Positions 55,878 to 64,000 of a DNA stretch of 64,000 nt are shown here, piece after piece. The stretch is from Alphaproteobacteria bacterium (lineage in GTDB: Bacteria; Pseudomonadota; Alphaproteobacteria; Bin95). The position numbers were made by a program, and so were the translations under genes. Every line of letters starts with the position of its first letter. Within the stretch, counting starts at the first letter, position 1. The DNA lies in NCBI GenBank assembly GCA_964291285.2, contig OZ219786.1, positions 64,001 through 128,000 on the forward strand, written 5' to 3'. The notes below the pieces were generated by a model, which was given only the letters and a program-made list of their open reading frames with translations, was not told the origin of the DNA and searched no databases.

Positions 55878-57428
55878 ATGAGCGACGCTACGCCGTTCTA
55901 CATCACCACGCCGATCTACTACGTCAACGATGCGCCCCATATCGGTCATGCGTACACCACATTGGCTTGCGATGTGCTGGCGCGCTTCAAGCGGCTCGAC
56001 GGCTACGATGTCCAGTTCCTGACCGGCACGGACGAGCACGGGCAGAAGGTTGAAAAGGCCGCTGCGGCGGCGGGCGAAGCGGCGCAGCCCTTCACGGACC
56101 GGATGTCCGGGAATTTCCGCGATCTGGCGGGAACCCTGCGCACATCCAACGACATCTTCATCCGCACCACCGAACACCGCCACAAGCTTGCGAGCCAGGC
56201 CATCTGGAAGGCGCTGGTGGCCGCCGGCGACATCTATCTCGGCAGCTATGCCGGCTGGTATTCGGTGCGCGACGAGGCGTTCTTCACCGAGTCCGAGGTG
56301 ACGAAACGCGAGGATGGCGTCCGCATCGCGCCGACCGGGGCCGAATGCGAATGGGTAGAGGAGCCGAGCTACTTCTTCCGGCTTTCAGAGTGGCAGGACC
56401 GTCTGCTTGCCTTCTACGAGGCCAATCCCGATTTCATCGGGCCGCAAAGCCGGCGCAACGAGGTCGTCAGTTTCGTCAGGGGAGGCCTGCAGGACCTGTC
56501 GGTCTCGCGTACGACCTTCAACTGGGGCATCCCGGTTCCCGGCGACGACGCGCATGTCATGTATGTCTGGCTGGATGCGCTGACGAACTACATTACCGGC
56601 GTCGGCTATCCCGAGACCGACGGCGCCTTTTTCTCCCGCTATTGGCCCGCAAGCCTTCACATGGTCGGCAAGGACATCGTGCGCTTCCATGCGGTCTATT
56701 GGCCGGCCTTCCTCATGGCCGCCGGCGTGGCACCGCCCAGACGCGTGTTCGCGCATGGCTGGTGGACCAATGAGGGCGAGAAAATCTCCAAGTCGCTCGG
56801 CAATGTCATCGATCCCTACGACCTGATCGATCGTTACGGGCTGGACCAGCTGCGCTATTTCCTGCTGCGCGAGGTGCCGTTCGGCAATGACGGCGATTTC
56901 TCGCACCGGTCGATGGTCCAGCGCATGAACGGCGAACTCGCCAACGACTACGGCAATCTGGTGCAGCGGACGCTGTCGATGATCGCCCGGAATTGCGGCG
57001 GCGAACTGCCCGGGCCGGGACAGTTTTCGCCCGAAGACAAGGGATTGCTCGGCGAAGTCGCCGGCCTGCTGGATCCGCTTCGCTCGGCGATGGACCGGCA
57101 GGCCTTCCACGAGGCGCTGGAAGACATCTGGCGCGTTATCCGGGCGGCCAATGCCTATATAGCCGGCGAGGAGCCTTGGGCGCTGCGCAAGAGCGACCCG
57201 GAGCGCATGGGCACGGTCCTGTTCGTTGCCGCCGAGGCTATCAGGGGCCTGGCTCTTGCGACCCTGCCATTCATGCCGGATGCGTCCCACCGTATTCTCG
57301 ACCAGCTTGCCGTCGAGCCCGAAGCCCGCGATTTCGCAGCGTTCGGAGAGGCCGGAACACTCAGCCCCGGCAGGGCGCTGCCCAGGCCGGAAGGCGTGTT
57401 CCCGCGCTATAGCGGCGAGGAAGCATGA
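55878..57428 (+). CDS. metG: Methionine-tRNA ligase
   Basis: YITTPIYY.N..PHIGH, YVWLDAL, KISKS. Confidence 0.97.
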   Translation: MSDATPFYITTPIYYVNDAPHIGHAYTTLACDVLARFKRLDGYDVQFLTGTDEHGQKVEKAAAAAGEAAQPFTDRMSGNFRDLAGTLRTSNDIFIRTTEHRHKLASQAIWKALVAAGDIYLGSYAGWYSVRDEAFFTESEVTKREDGVRIAPTGAECEWVEEPSYFFRLSEWQDRLLAFYEANPDFIGPQSRRNEVVSFVRGGLQDLSVSRTTFNWGIPVPGDDAHVMYVWLDALTNYITGVGYPETDGAFFSRYWPASLHMVGKDIVRFHAVYWPAFLMAAGVAPPRRVFAHGWWTNEGEKISKSLGNVIDPYDLIDRYGLDQLRYFLLREVPFGNDGDFSHRSMVQRMNGELANDYGNLVQRTLSMIARNCGGELPGPGQFSPEDKGLLGEVAGLLDPLRSAMDRQAFHEALEDIWRVIRAANAYIAGEEPWALRKSDPERMGTVLFVAAEAIRGLALATLPFMPDASHRILDQLAVEPEARDFAAFGEAGTLSPGRALPRPEGVFPRYSGEEA

Positions 57429-58207
57429 TGCTGGTGGACAGCCATTGCCACCTCGATTTCCCGGACTTCGAGGGGGAAGTGGACGCGCTGGTGGAGCGCG
57501 CGCGGGAAGCCGGGGTCGGCTGCATGGTGACGATCTGCACGCGCCCGCGACAGGCCGAGGCCGTGATTGCGCTTGCCGAGCGCCATGAGAGCGTGTTCTG
57601 CGCGGTCGGGCTGCACCCGCACCATGTCGCCGCCGAAGGGCTGTCGGAAGAGGGGGATCTTGCCGGCCTGGCGGAACACCCCAAGGTCGTTGCGCTCGGC
57701 GAAACCGGTCTCGACTACCACTACGACCGCAGTCCGCGCGAGCTTCAGCAGGAAAGCTTCCGGCGCCATATCCGCGCCGCTGCAAAGGCGGACGTGCCGT
57801 TCGTCGTGCATAGCCGCAACGCCGATACGGACACCGCAACGATCCTTGAAGAAGAGGCGGCGGGGCAGGTCCCGGGCGTTATGCATTGTTTCAGCAGCGG
57901 GCAAGAATTGGCAGACAAGGCCTTGGAATTAGGGCTTTATATTTCGCTTTCGGGCATCGTGACCTTCCGTAATTCAGTGGCCCTGCGCGAGATAGCGGCG
58001 GATGTGCCGCTCGACCGGCTGCTGGTTGAAACCGATGCGCCGTTCCTGGCGCCGGTGCCGATGCGGGGCAAACGCAACGAGCCGGCCTATGTTGTCCACA
58101 CGGCCGCGGTCGCGGCCGAATTGAAGGGCATTTCGGGCGAAGCCTTTGCGGCGGCCAGCACGGACAACTTCTTCCGCCTGTTCCCGAAGGCGCGCACTTG
58201 CGCATAA
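57425..58207 (+). CDS. tatD: TatD-family nuclease
   Basis: DSHCHL, GETGLDY, HCF, ETDAP.LAP. Confidence 0.95.
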   Translation: MMLVDSHCHLDFPDFEGEVDALVERAREAGVGCMVTICTRPRQAEAVIALAERHESVFCAVGLHPHHVAAEGLSEEGDLAGLAEHPKVVALGETGLDYHYDRSPRELQQESFRRHIRAAAKADVPFVVHSRNADTDTATILEEEAAGQVPGVMHCFSSGQELADKALELGLYISLSGIVTFRNSVALREIAADVPLDRLLVETDAPFLAPVPMRGKRNEPAYVVHTAAVAAELKGISGEAFAAASTDNFFRLFPKARTCA

Positions 58208-59808
58208 CCATTCTCGGCTGCGGCGGCTCCGCCGGCGTGCCGGTCGCGAGCGGCGACTGGGGCGCCTGCGACCCCGGTGACCCGCGAAACCGTCGCCGTC
58301 GTCCCTGCATCCTGATCGAGGCGGAAGGCACGCGCATAGTCGTCGATACCGGGCCGGATTTCCGCGAGCAGTGGCTTTCCGCGGGCGGCGGGCGGCTCGA
58401 CGCCGTCATCTACACCCATGCCCATGCCGACCATATTCACGGCATCGACGACCTGAAGTCCCTCTGCACCGAGCGCGGCGGTCCCATCGATGTTTACGGA
58501 CGGGCGGAAGTGCTGGAGCGGATCCGGCAGAGGTTCCCCTATGCCTTTGCCGGTCCCGTCGATGGACCGATCTACTTTCGGCCCTCCGTGAATCCGCATC
58601 CGGTCGAAGACCGTTTCGAGATTTCAGGCATTGGGTTCCGGGCCTTCGAGCAGCAACACGGGCAGGGACGGTCCACCGGGCTCAGGATCGGGAACTTCGC
58701 TTACAGCACCGACGTGTCGGCCCTCGACGAAGCCGCGTTCGAGGCGCTCGACGGAATCGAGACCTGGATCGTCGGCGCGGGCCATGCAGACTTCCCGAGC
58801 GGCAACCACGCCTTCCTGCCGGTCGTTCTGGAGTGGGTGGAACGCCTCGGACCTCAGCGTGTCGTGCTGACGCACCTTAATCATTTCATGGATTACCGCA
58901 CGGTCGCCGGCGAACTTCCGGAGGGGGTCGAGCCCGGCATCGACGGCATGACCTTCGACGTCCTTCCGAATTCGCCCGCCTCGATTTCCCATAATATACA
59001 TTATGCGATAATAAGATCGCAACCCGTTGATTCCCTTCTGGAAATCATGGCCACGCTGCGGGCGCCCTCTATTGGCTGTCCCTGGGATATCGAGCAGAAC
59101 TTCGAGACCATCGCGCCGTACACGGTCGAGGAAGCCTATGAAGTTGCGGAGGCCATCCGTTCCGGAGACCTCGACGCGCTGCGCGACGAGCTGGGCGACC
59201 TGCTCTTCCAGGTCGTCTTCCACGCAAGAATGGCCGAGGAGCGCGGCGCATTCGCCTTTGGCGATGTCGTCAATGCAGTTTCCGCCAAGATGGTCGCGCG
59301 CCATCCCCATGTCTTTGGCAGCGCGACGGTTGCCGACGCCGATGCGCAGACCGCCAACTGGGAGGCGCAGAAGGAACGCGAGCGGCAGCGCAAGGCCGAC
59401 GACGCCGGCGCGCCGCGTTCGAGCGTGCTGGACGATGTGCCGTTGGCCCTGCCGGCGCTGATGCGCGCGGAGAAACTGCAGCGCCGCGCGGCGCGGATCG
59501 GCTTCGACTGGCCGAACGCCGCGCCGGTTTTCGACAAGGTGCGCGAGGAACTCGAAGAAATTGCGGCGCCGGGCGCCGATGTTCCGGCCGAACTCGGCGA
59601 CCTGCTCTTTTCCGCCGTCAATCTCGCGCGTAAGCTCGGCGCCCAGCCGGAAACAGTGCTGCGGGACGCCAACGCCCGGTTCGAAAGGCGGTTTCGCCGG
59701 GTCGAAACCCTCGCGTACAAGGAAGGCATGGCGCTGGCGGAGGCGCCGCTCGCGGAACTGGACCGCTTGTGGGACCTCGCAAAACGGGAAGAAAAGGATG
59801 CAGGCTGA
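58198..59808 (+). CDS. mazG: Fusion of MBL-fold hydrolase (PhnP-like) and nucleoside triphosphate pyrophosphohydrolase MazG
   Basis: ILGCG.S.GVP and THAHADH.HG.DDL, then LLEIMATLR…CPWD.EQ, EE.YEV, ELGDLL; no stop codon between the domains (checked codon by codon 58921-59050). Confidence 0.8.
   Translation: MRITILGCGGSAGVPVASGDWGACDPGDPRNRRRRPCILIEAEGTRIVVDTGPDFREQWLSAGGGRLDAVIYTHAHADHIHGIDDLKSLCTERGGPIDVYGRAEVLERIRQRFPYAFAGPVDGPIYFRPSVNPHPVEDRFEISGIGFRAFEQQHGQGRSTGLRIGNFAYSTDVSALDEAAFEALDGIETWIVGAGHADFPSGNHAFLPVVLEWVERLGPQRVVLTHLNHFMDYRTVAGELPEGVEPGIDGMTFDVLPNSPASISHNIHYAIIRSQPVDSLLEIMATLRAPSIGCPWDIEQNFETIAPYTVEEAYEVAEAIRSGDLDALRDELGDLLFQVVFHARMAEERGAFAFGDVVNAVSAKMVARHPHVFGSATVADADAQTANWEAQKERERQRKADDAGAPRSSVLDDVPLALPALMRAEKLQRRAARIGFDWPNAAPVFDKVREELEEIAAPGADVPAELGDLLFSAVNLARKLGAQPETVLRDANARFERRFRRVETLAYKEGMALAEAPLAELDRLWDLAKREEKDAG
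58984..59011 (-). other. dif: dif site (XerCD chromosome dimer resolution)
   Basis: TTATCGCATAA-TGTATA-TTATGGGAAAT versus E. coli dif GGTGCGCATAA-TGTATA-TTATGTTAAAT: 18 contiguous identities plus terminal AAAT; AT-rich island in GC-rich DNA. Confidence 0.85.
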
Positions 59809-60946
59809 GCTTCAACAGGAACTCTCCCGCAGGCTGTTCGCCCATCTCGATGCGGGAACGACCGATGTCTGGCCGGAGGTCGTCCGCCAGCCGGTCAGCG
59901 CCTATACCTGCCCCGAGCGGGCCGAACGGGAAAACCGGGAGCTGTTCCGGAGGCGCCCACTCTTCGTCGGGCTCTCGGGGCTGTTGCCGAATCCCGGAGA
60001 CTGGATCACCAGTGACGAGACCGGCATACCGGTGCTCATCGTCCGCGGCCGCGACGGGGAACTCAGGGCTTTCGCAAATGTCTGCCGCCATCGCGGGGCG
60101 AGGCTCGTCGATGGCCGCGGCTGCGGCGCGGCCTCCTTCTCCTGTCCATACCACGGTTGGACCTATGACCTTGAGGGCCGGCTGATCGGCTTGCCCGACG
60201 AACGCAATTTCCCGGGTGTCGAACGGGACGGCCACCGGCTGGCGCCGGTGCCGGTGGCGGAGAAGCACGGCATGGTCTTCGTGCAGGCGACGCCGGGCGA
60301 GCCGTTCGATGTGGATGAACTGCTGGAAGGCATGGCCGCGGAGCTTGCGCCTTATCGGCTCGAAGGCTGGACGCCCTACTCCCACCAGCGCTTCGATTTC
60401 TCCATGAACTGGAAGATCGCCGTCGACACCTTCCTGGAGCCCTACCACTTCCCTTTCCTGCACAAGAACACCGTCGGCCCGATCTTTATCGGCAATCTCT
60501 GTCTTTACGATGGTTTCGGGCCGCATCTTCGCGAGGTACTGCCGCGCCATGGCCTCCGCGAGATGCGCGAGAAGCCGCCGGAGGACTGGGACCTCGTGGA
60601 CAACTCGGCGCTCGTTTACGTGTTTTTCCCGAATACCGCCTTCATCGTCCAGAAGGACCATATGGAAGTCTGGCGCTGCTTCCCGAAAAAGGACGGCGGA
60701 CCGGGCGCTTCGACGGTCCTGTTCGACTTCTACATCCCGAATCCGGTGCGGAGCGAAAAAGCACGCACCCATTGGGACAAGAACGTCGATCTGGCGGTGC
60801 GCACCGTGATCGAGGAAGACTTCCCGACCGGCGAGACGATCCAGGCGGGCTTCGCCGCCGGGGTGAACGCGCATGTCACCATCGGCCGGAACGAGCCGGC
60901 CGTTGCGCATTTCGAAACGGTGGCGAACCGCTACGTCGCGGCCTGA
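59798..60946 (+). CDS. Rieske ring-hydroxylating oxygenase alpha subunit
   Basis: NVCRHRG…CPYHGWTY Rieske motif; NWK…DTFLEPYH..FLH; EED. Confidence 0.92.
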   Translation: MQAELQQELSRRLFAHLDAGTTDVWPEVVRQPVSAYTCPERAERENRELFRRRPLFVGLSGLLPNPGDWITSDETGIPVLIVRGRDGELRAFANVCRHRGARLVDGRGCGAASFSCPYHGWTYDLEGRLIGLPDERNFPGVERDGHRLAPVPVAEKHGMVFVQATPGEPFDVDELLEGMAAELAPYRLEGWTPYSHQRFDFSMNWKIAVDTFLEPYHFPFLHKNTVGPIFIGNLCLYDGFGPHLREVLPRHGLREMREKPPEDWDLVDNSALVYVFFPNTAFIVQKDHMEVWRCFPKKDGGPGASTVLFDFYIPNPVRSEKARTHWDKNVDLAVRTVIEEDFPTGETIQAGFAAGVNAHVTIGRNEPAVAHFETVANRYVAA

Positions 60947-61359
60947 AGCGCGTCCAGCGTCGTCTCGAAAGGCAGCAATACCGCGCCGTGGCGCGCTGTT
61001 ACTTCGCGCACAGGTTCAAGGCGTTCGAACGCGCTCCACACGCCCTTCGGCGTTGCCCCGCCCTTCAGGAACGCTTCGACCTGGGCGCGACCTTCCTCGA
61101 CCTCCCGGGCACTGCGTCCGGGCGCCGTCTCCGCAAACAGCGCCGCCGACGCCTGGCCGAAGGCGCAGGCCTGGATGCGCTGCGCATAGTCGGCAATCCG
61201 GCCGTCCCGGACCGCAAGCTCGACCGTCATCGCACTGCCGCAAAGCCGGCTGGTGCGCGTCGCAGCCCCGTCGGCATCGGCCAGCCGTCCCACGCGGGAA
61301 ATGCCGCCCGCAAGACGGAGGATGTCGCGCGTGTAGAGCTTGAAGAGCGCGTCCGTCAT
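60931..61359 (-). CDS. NifU/IscU-like Fe-S scaffold protein
   Basis: SRLCGS..TV, ACAFGQASA, ARH..VLLPF. Confidence 0.85.
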   Translation of the reverse strand: MTDALFKLYTRDILRLAGGISRVGRLADADGAATRTSRLCGSAMTVELAVRDGRIADYAQRIQACAFGQASAALFAETAPGRSAREVEEGRAQVEAFLKGGATPKGVWSAFERLEPVREVTARHGAVLLPFETTLDALQAAT

Positions 61360-61421
61360 GGCAGAGCCCATCTGGGCCCGGGGAGGGCCGGCGGCAAGGC
61401 CCTGCCCTCCCCCGCCGGCGC

Positions 61422-62996
61422 TTACTTCTTCACGACATAGTAGAGCATGAACTGGTTGTCGGCGCGCTGGGCGAGCTCGACGGAGTCGCTCTTGCCCCAT
61501 GCAAGTCCCTGCTGGTGCAGTGGAATCGTGCCGACTTCCGAGGCAGCGATCCCGTAGGCCTTCGCGATCATGGCGTTGCGTTCCGCCTCGTCGGTCGAGA
61601 CCTTGATCCTGTCGGTCAGCGCATCGACTTCCTTGTTGCAGTAGCCGCCGACATTGAACTTGCCGCGCCCGGTTTCCTCCCGGCAATTCAGGAGGTTGTA
61701 GAGCACGTTCCAGCTATCGAACGAACCCGGTGTCCAGCCGAGCAGGAAGAAGCTGGTGTCGTAGTTCGGCCCCAGGATCTTCTTGAAGAACAGCGCCTTC
61801 GGTTCGGCCACAAGGTTCACCTTGACGCCGACCTTGGCGAGCATCGAGGAAATCGCGATGCAGATCTGCTCGTCGTTCACATAACGGTTGTTCGGGCAGT
61901 TCATGCCGACCTCGAATCCCTCGGCGTAACCGGCTTCCGCCAGAAGCGATTTCGCCTTGTCCGGATCATAGGCAAGGCGCTCAATGCCGGGCGCATGCGG
62001 GAAGAGCTTCGGTGAGATCATCAGCGCCGAGGGGTCGGACAGGCGGCGCATCACCTTCTTGCGGATCGCGTCGATATTGATCGCGTGATAGAAGGCCTGC
62101 CGCACCCGCACATCCTTGAACGGGTTGGCACCCTTGACGCTCGAATAGAGAAGTTCGTCGCGGGCGATGTCGAGGCCGAGGAAGATCGTGCGCAGTTCGG
62201 GGCCGATCAGCACCGAGGTGCCGTCATTGCCGTCCACGCGCTTGATGTCCTGCACCGGCACGGGATAGGCCATGTCGATCTCGCCGGAGAGCAGCGCGGC
62301 GACTCGGGTCGCGTCGGAGCCGATCGGCTTGAAGACCACGCGCGTCAGGTTGTGCTTCGGCGTGTCCCACCAGCCTTCATGCGGCTCCAGCACCGTCTCC
62401 ACATCAGTCTCGCGCTTCACGACCTTGAAGGGTCCGGTGCCGTTGGCGTTGAAGGCGGCGAAATTGTCCGTGCCTTCGGCAAGCGAGGTCGGCGCTGCGG
62501 CGTTGTTCGCTTCCGACCACTCCTTGTCCATGATGTACCAGGTCGCCCATTCCGAATGCAGGATCGGGTTGGGGCCGTCGGTCACGAAATCGACCGTGTA
62601 GTCATCGACCTTCTCGACCTTGACGCTCTTGGCGATGCGGGTCGTCAGGTCCGACCCCTCGGCCCGCACGCGGTCGGCGGAGAAGATCACGTCGTCGGCG
62701 TTGAAGGGGTTGCCGTTGTGGAAGACGACGCCCAGCCGCAGGTAGAAGCGCCACCGGTCGGGCTCGACGATCTCCCAGCGCTCGGCGAGTGCGGGCTGGA
62801 TGTCCAGGTCGGGGCCGCGCCGTATCAGCCCTTCATAGACATTGCCGAGCAGGCCGAGCGTGAAGGTCTCGTTCAGCACATAGGGATCGAGCGCCTGCGC
62901 GTCGCCCTGGAACGACCAGGTGAAGGTCTTGGCGCCGGCGGGCATCGCCATGGCCATCGTCGCGGCGATCGCCGCCGCAGCTGTTCGGAGTCGCAT
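61422..62996 (-). CDS. Peptide/nickel ABC transporter substrate-binding protein (DppA-like)
   Basis: LDP, YEGL, FHNG.PF.ADDV, NGTGPF, D.RVRQA. Confidence 0.92.
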   Translation of the reverse strand: MRLRTAAAAIAATMAMAMPAGAKTFTWSFQGDAQALDPYVLNETFTLGLLGNVYEGLIRRGPDLDIQPALAERWEIVEPDRWRFYLRLGVVFHNGNPFNADDVIFSADRVRAEGSDLTTRIAKSVKVEKVDDYTVDFVTDGPNPILHSEWATWYIMDKEWSEANNAAAPTSLAEGTDNFAAFNANGTGPFKVVKRETDVETVLEPHEGWWDTPKHNLTRVVFKPIGSDATRVAALLSGEIDMAYPVPVQDIKRVDGNDGTSVLIGPELRTIFLGLDIARDELLYSSVKGANPFKDVRVRQAFYHAINIDAIRKKVMRRLSDPSALMISPKLFPHAPGIERLAYDPDKAKSLLAEAGYAEGFEVGMNCPNNRYVNDEQICIAISSMLAKVGVKVNLVAEPKALFFKKILGPNYDTSFFLLGWTPGSFDSWNVLYNLLNCREETGRGKFNVGGYCNKEVDALTDRIKVSTDEAERNAMIAKAYGIAASEVGTIPLHQQGLAWGKSDSVELAQRADNQFMLYYVVKK

Positions 62997-63043
62997 CCTC
63001 GGAGCCTCTCAAAGTCGGTTGCGGGACGAGAACCTAAGCCGCC

Positions 63044-64000
63044 TCACCCGCCGTCGTAAAGCCAGCATGCCGCGCGGTTGGAGCCGCCCGTTTCCACCAG
63101 TTCCGGGCGTTCGCTGCGGCAGCGCGCAAAAACCTTCGGACAGCGCGGCCCGAAGGCGCAACCGGCGGGAATCTCGGTCAGGCGCGGCATCGCGCCTTCG
63201 ATCTGGACCAACCGGTCCCGGCGCTCCGCCATGGACGGGATCGAACCCATCAGGCCCTCCGTGTAGGGATGGCGCGCAGCCTGGATGACATCGCGCACCG
63301 GGCCGATCTCGGCGATCCGTCCGGCATACATCACCGCCACCCTGTCCGCTGTCTCGGCGATCACGCCCATATCATGCGTCACCAGCATCACCGCCGTGCC
63401 GTGCTCCCGGCAGAGGCGCTTGAGAAGCGCGATGATCTGCGCCTGGATCGAAACGTCGAGAGCCGTCGTCGGCTCGTCGGCGATCAGCAGGCGCGGATTG
63501 GCCGCGAGCGCGAGCGCGATCACCACACGCTGGCGCATGCCGCCCGAAAACTCGTGCGGATAGCTGTTGATGCGGCGCTCGGCGGCCGGAATGCCGACTT
63601 CCGACAGCAATTCGAGCGCGCGGTCCCGCGCCGCCCGCTCGCCGAGGTCGAGATGGGTCGTAATCGTTTCGGTGAGTTGGCGGCCTATGGTGTAGAGTGG
63701 GTTGAGGCTGGTCAGCGGGTCCTGGAACACGGCGCCGATCTGCTTGCCGCGAATGCGGCGCATGGCTTCCGGGGCGAGATTGTCGATGCGCTGGCCGGCG
63801 AGACGGATTCGCCCGTCCGCAATTCGTCCCGGCGGCTCCAGCAGGCCGATGATCGACATGCCGGTCAGCGACTTGCCGGCGCCGGATTCGCCGACCACGC
63901 CCAGCACCTCGCCCTCTTCTATCGCGAAGGAGATGTCGTCCACCGCAACCAGCACGCCGCGCCGCGTCGGGAACTCGACCCGGAGGTTCTCGACCTCAAG
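63044..64000 (-). CDS. Peptide ABC transporter ATP-binding protein (DppD-like; start outside window)
   Basis: GESGAGKS, FQDP, YPHEFSGGMRQR, DEPTT, HPYT; frame stays open to the window end (LEVENLRVEF). Confidence 0.93.
   Translation of the reverse strand, partial: LEVENLRVEFPTRRGVLVAVDDISFAIEEGEVLGVVGESGAGKSLTGMSIIGLLEPPGRIADGRIRLAGQRIDNLAPEAMRRIRGKQIGAVFQDPLTSLNPLYTIGRQLTETITTHLDLGERAARDRALELLSEVGIPAAERRINSYPHEFSGGMRQRVVIALALAANPRLLIADEPTTALDVSIQAQIIALLKRLCREHGTAVMLVTHDMGVIAETADRVAVMYAGRIAEIGPVRDVIQAARHPYTEGLMGSIPSMAERRDRLVQIEGAMPRLTEIPAGCAFGPRCPKVFARCRSERPELVETGGSNRAACWLYDGG

Noticed and set aside
1-64000. CRISPR array or rRNA
   Set aside because: No regularly spaced repeats or rRNA-like sequence seen by eye.

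Overview
GC-rich alphaproteobacterial chromosome segment (taxonomy inferred from gene content such as mcd, the mltB-rlpA-dac-tmk-holB-metG-tatD-mazG run and a GTCATGCCCGG-type repeat). It probably includes the replication terminus, because a 28-bp dif-like site lies at 58984-59011. That site is read in frame as the linker of an uninterrupted MBL-hydrolase::MazG fusion ORF. 1-14.8 kb: hicAB, metabolic genes, nrdB and an orphan TerS-like gene. 14.8-21.0 kb: an integrase-less catabolic islet (IclR, internally deleted ALDH, ThDP enzyme, TRAP transporter). 21.0-33.0 kb: a ~12-kb tail-less, capsid-encoding phage satellite (cf-PICI-like) integrated at the 3' end of tRNA-Ser(TGA). It has a 27-bp att repeat, and its helicase is split by an intact IS1380-family element. 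33.2-38.7 kb: an LLM/MaoC/CoA-transferase/CoA-ligase operon. 39.0-48.5 kb: an unusual seven-gene locus with four membrane proteins sharing one periplasmic domain (two stand-alone, one fused to a PP2C phosphatase, one fused to an MFS transporter), two paralogous Ddl-like ATP-grasp ligases and an orphan substrate-binding protein. This locus is the best candidate for an undescribed signalling system. The rest is core cell-wall/replication genes and a peptide ABC transporter. All product calls come from motif recognition by eye; no database searches were run.
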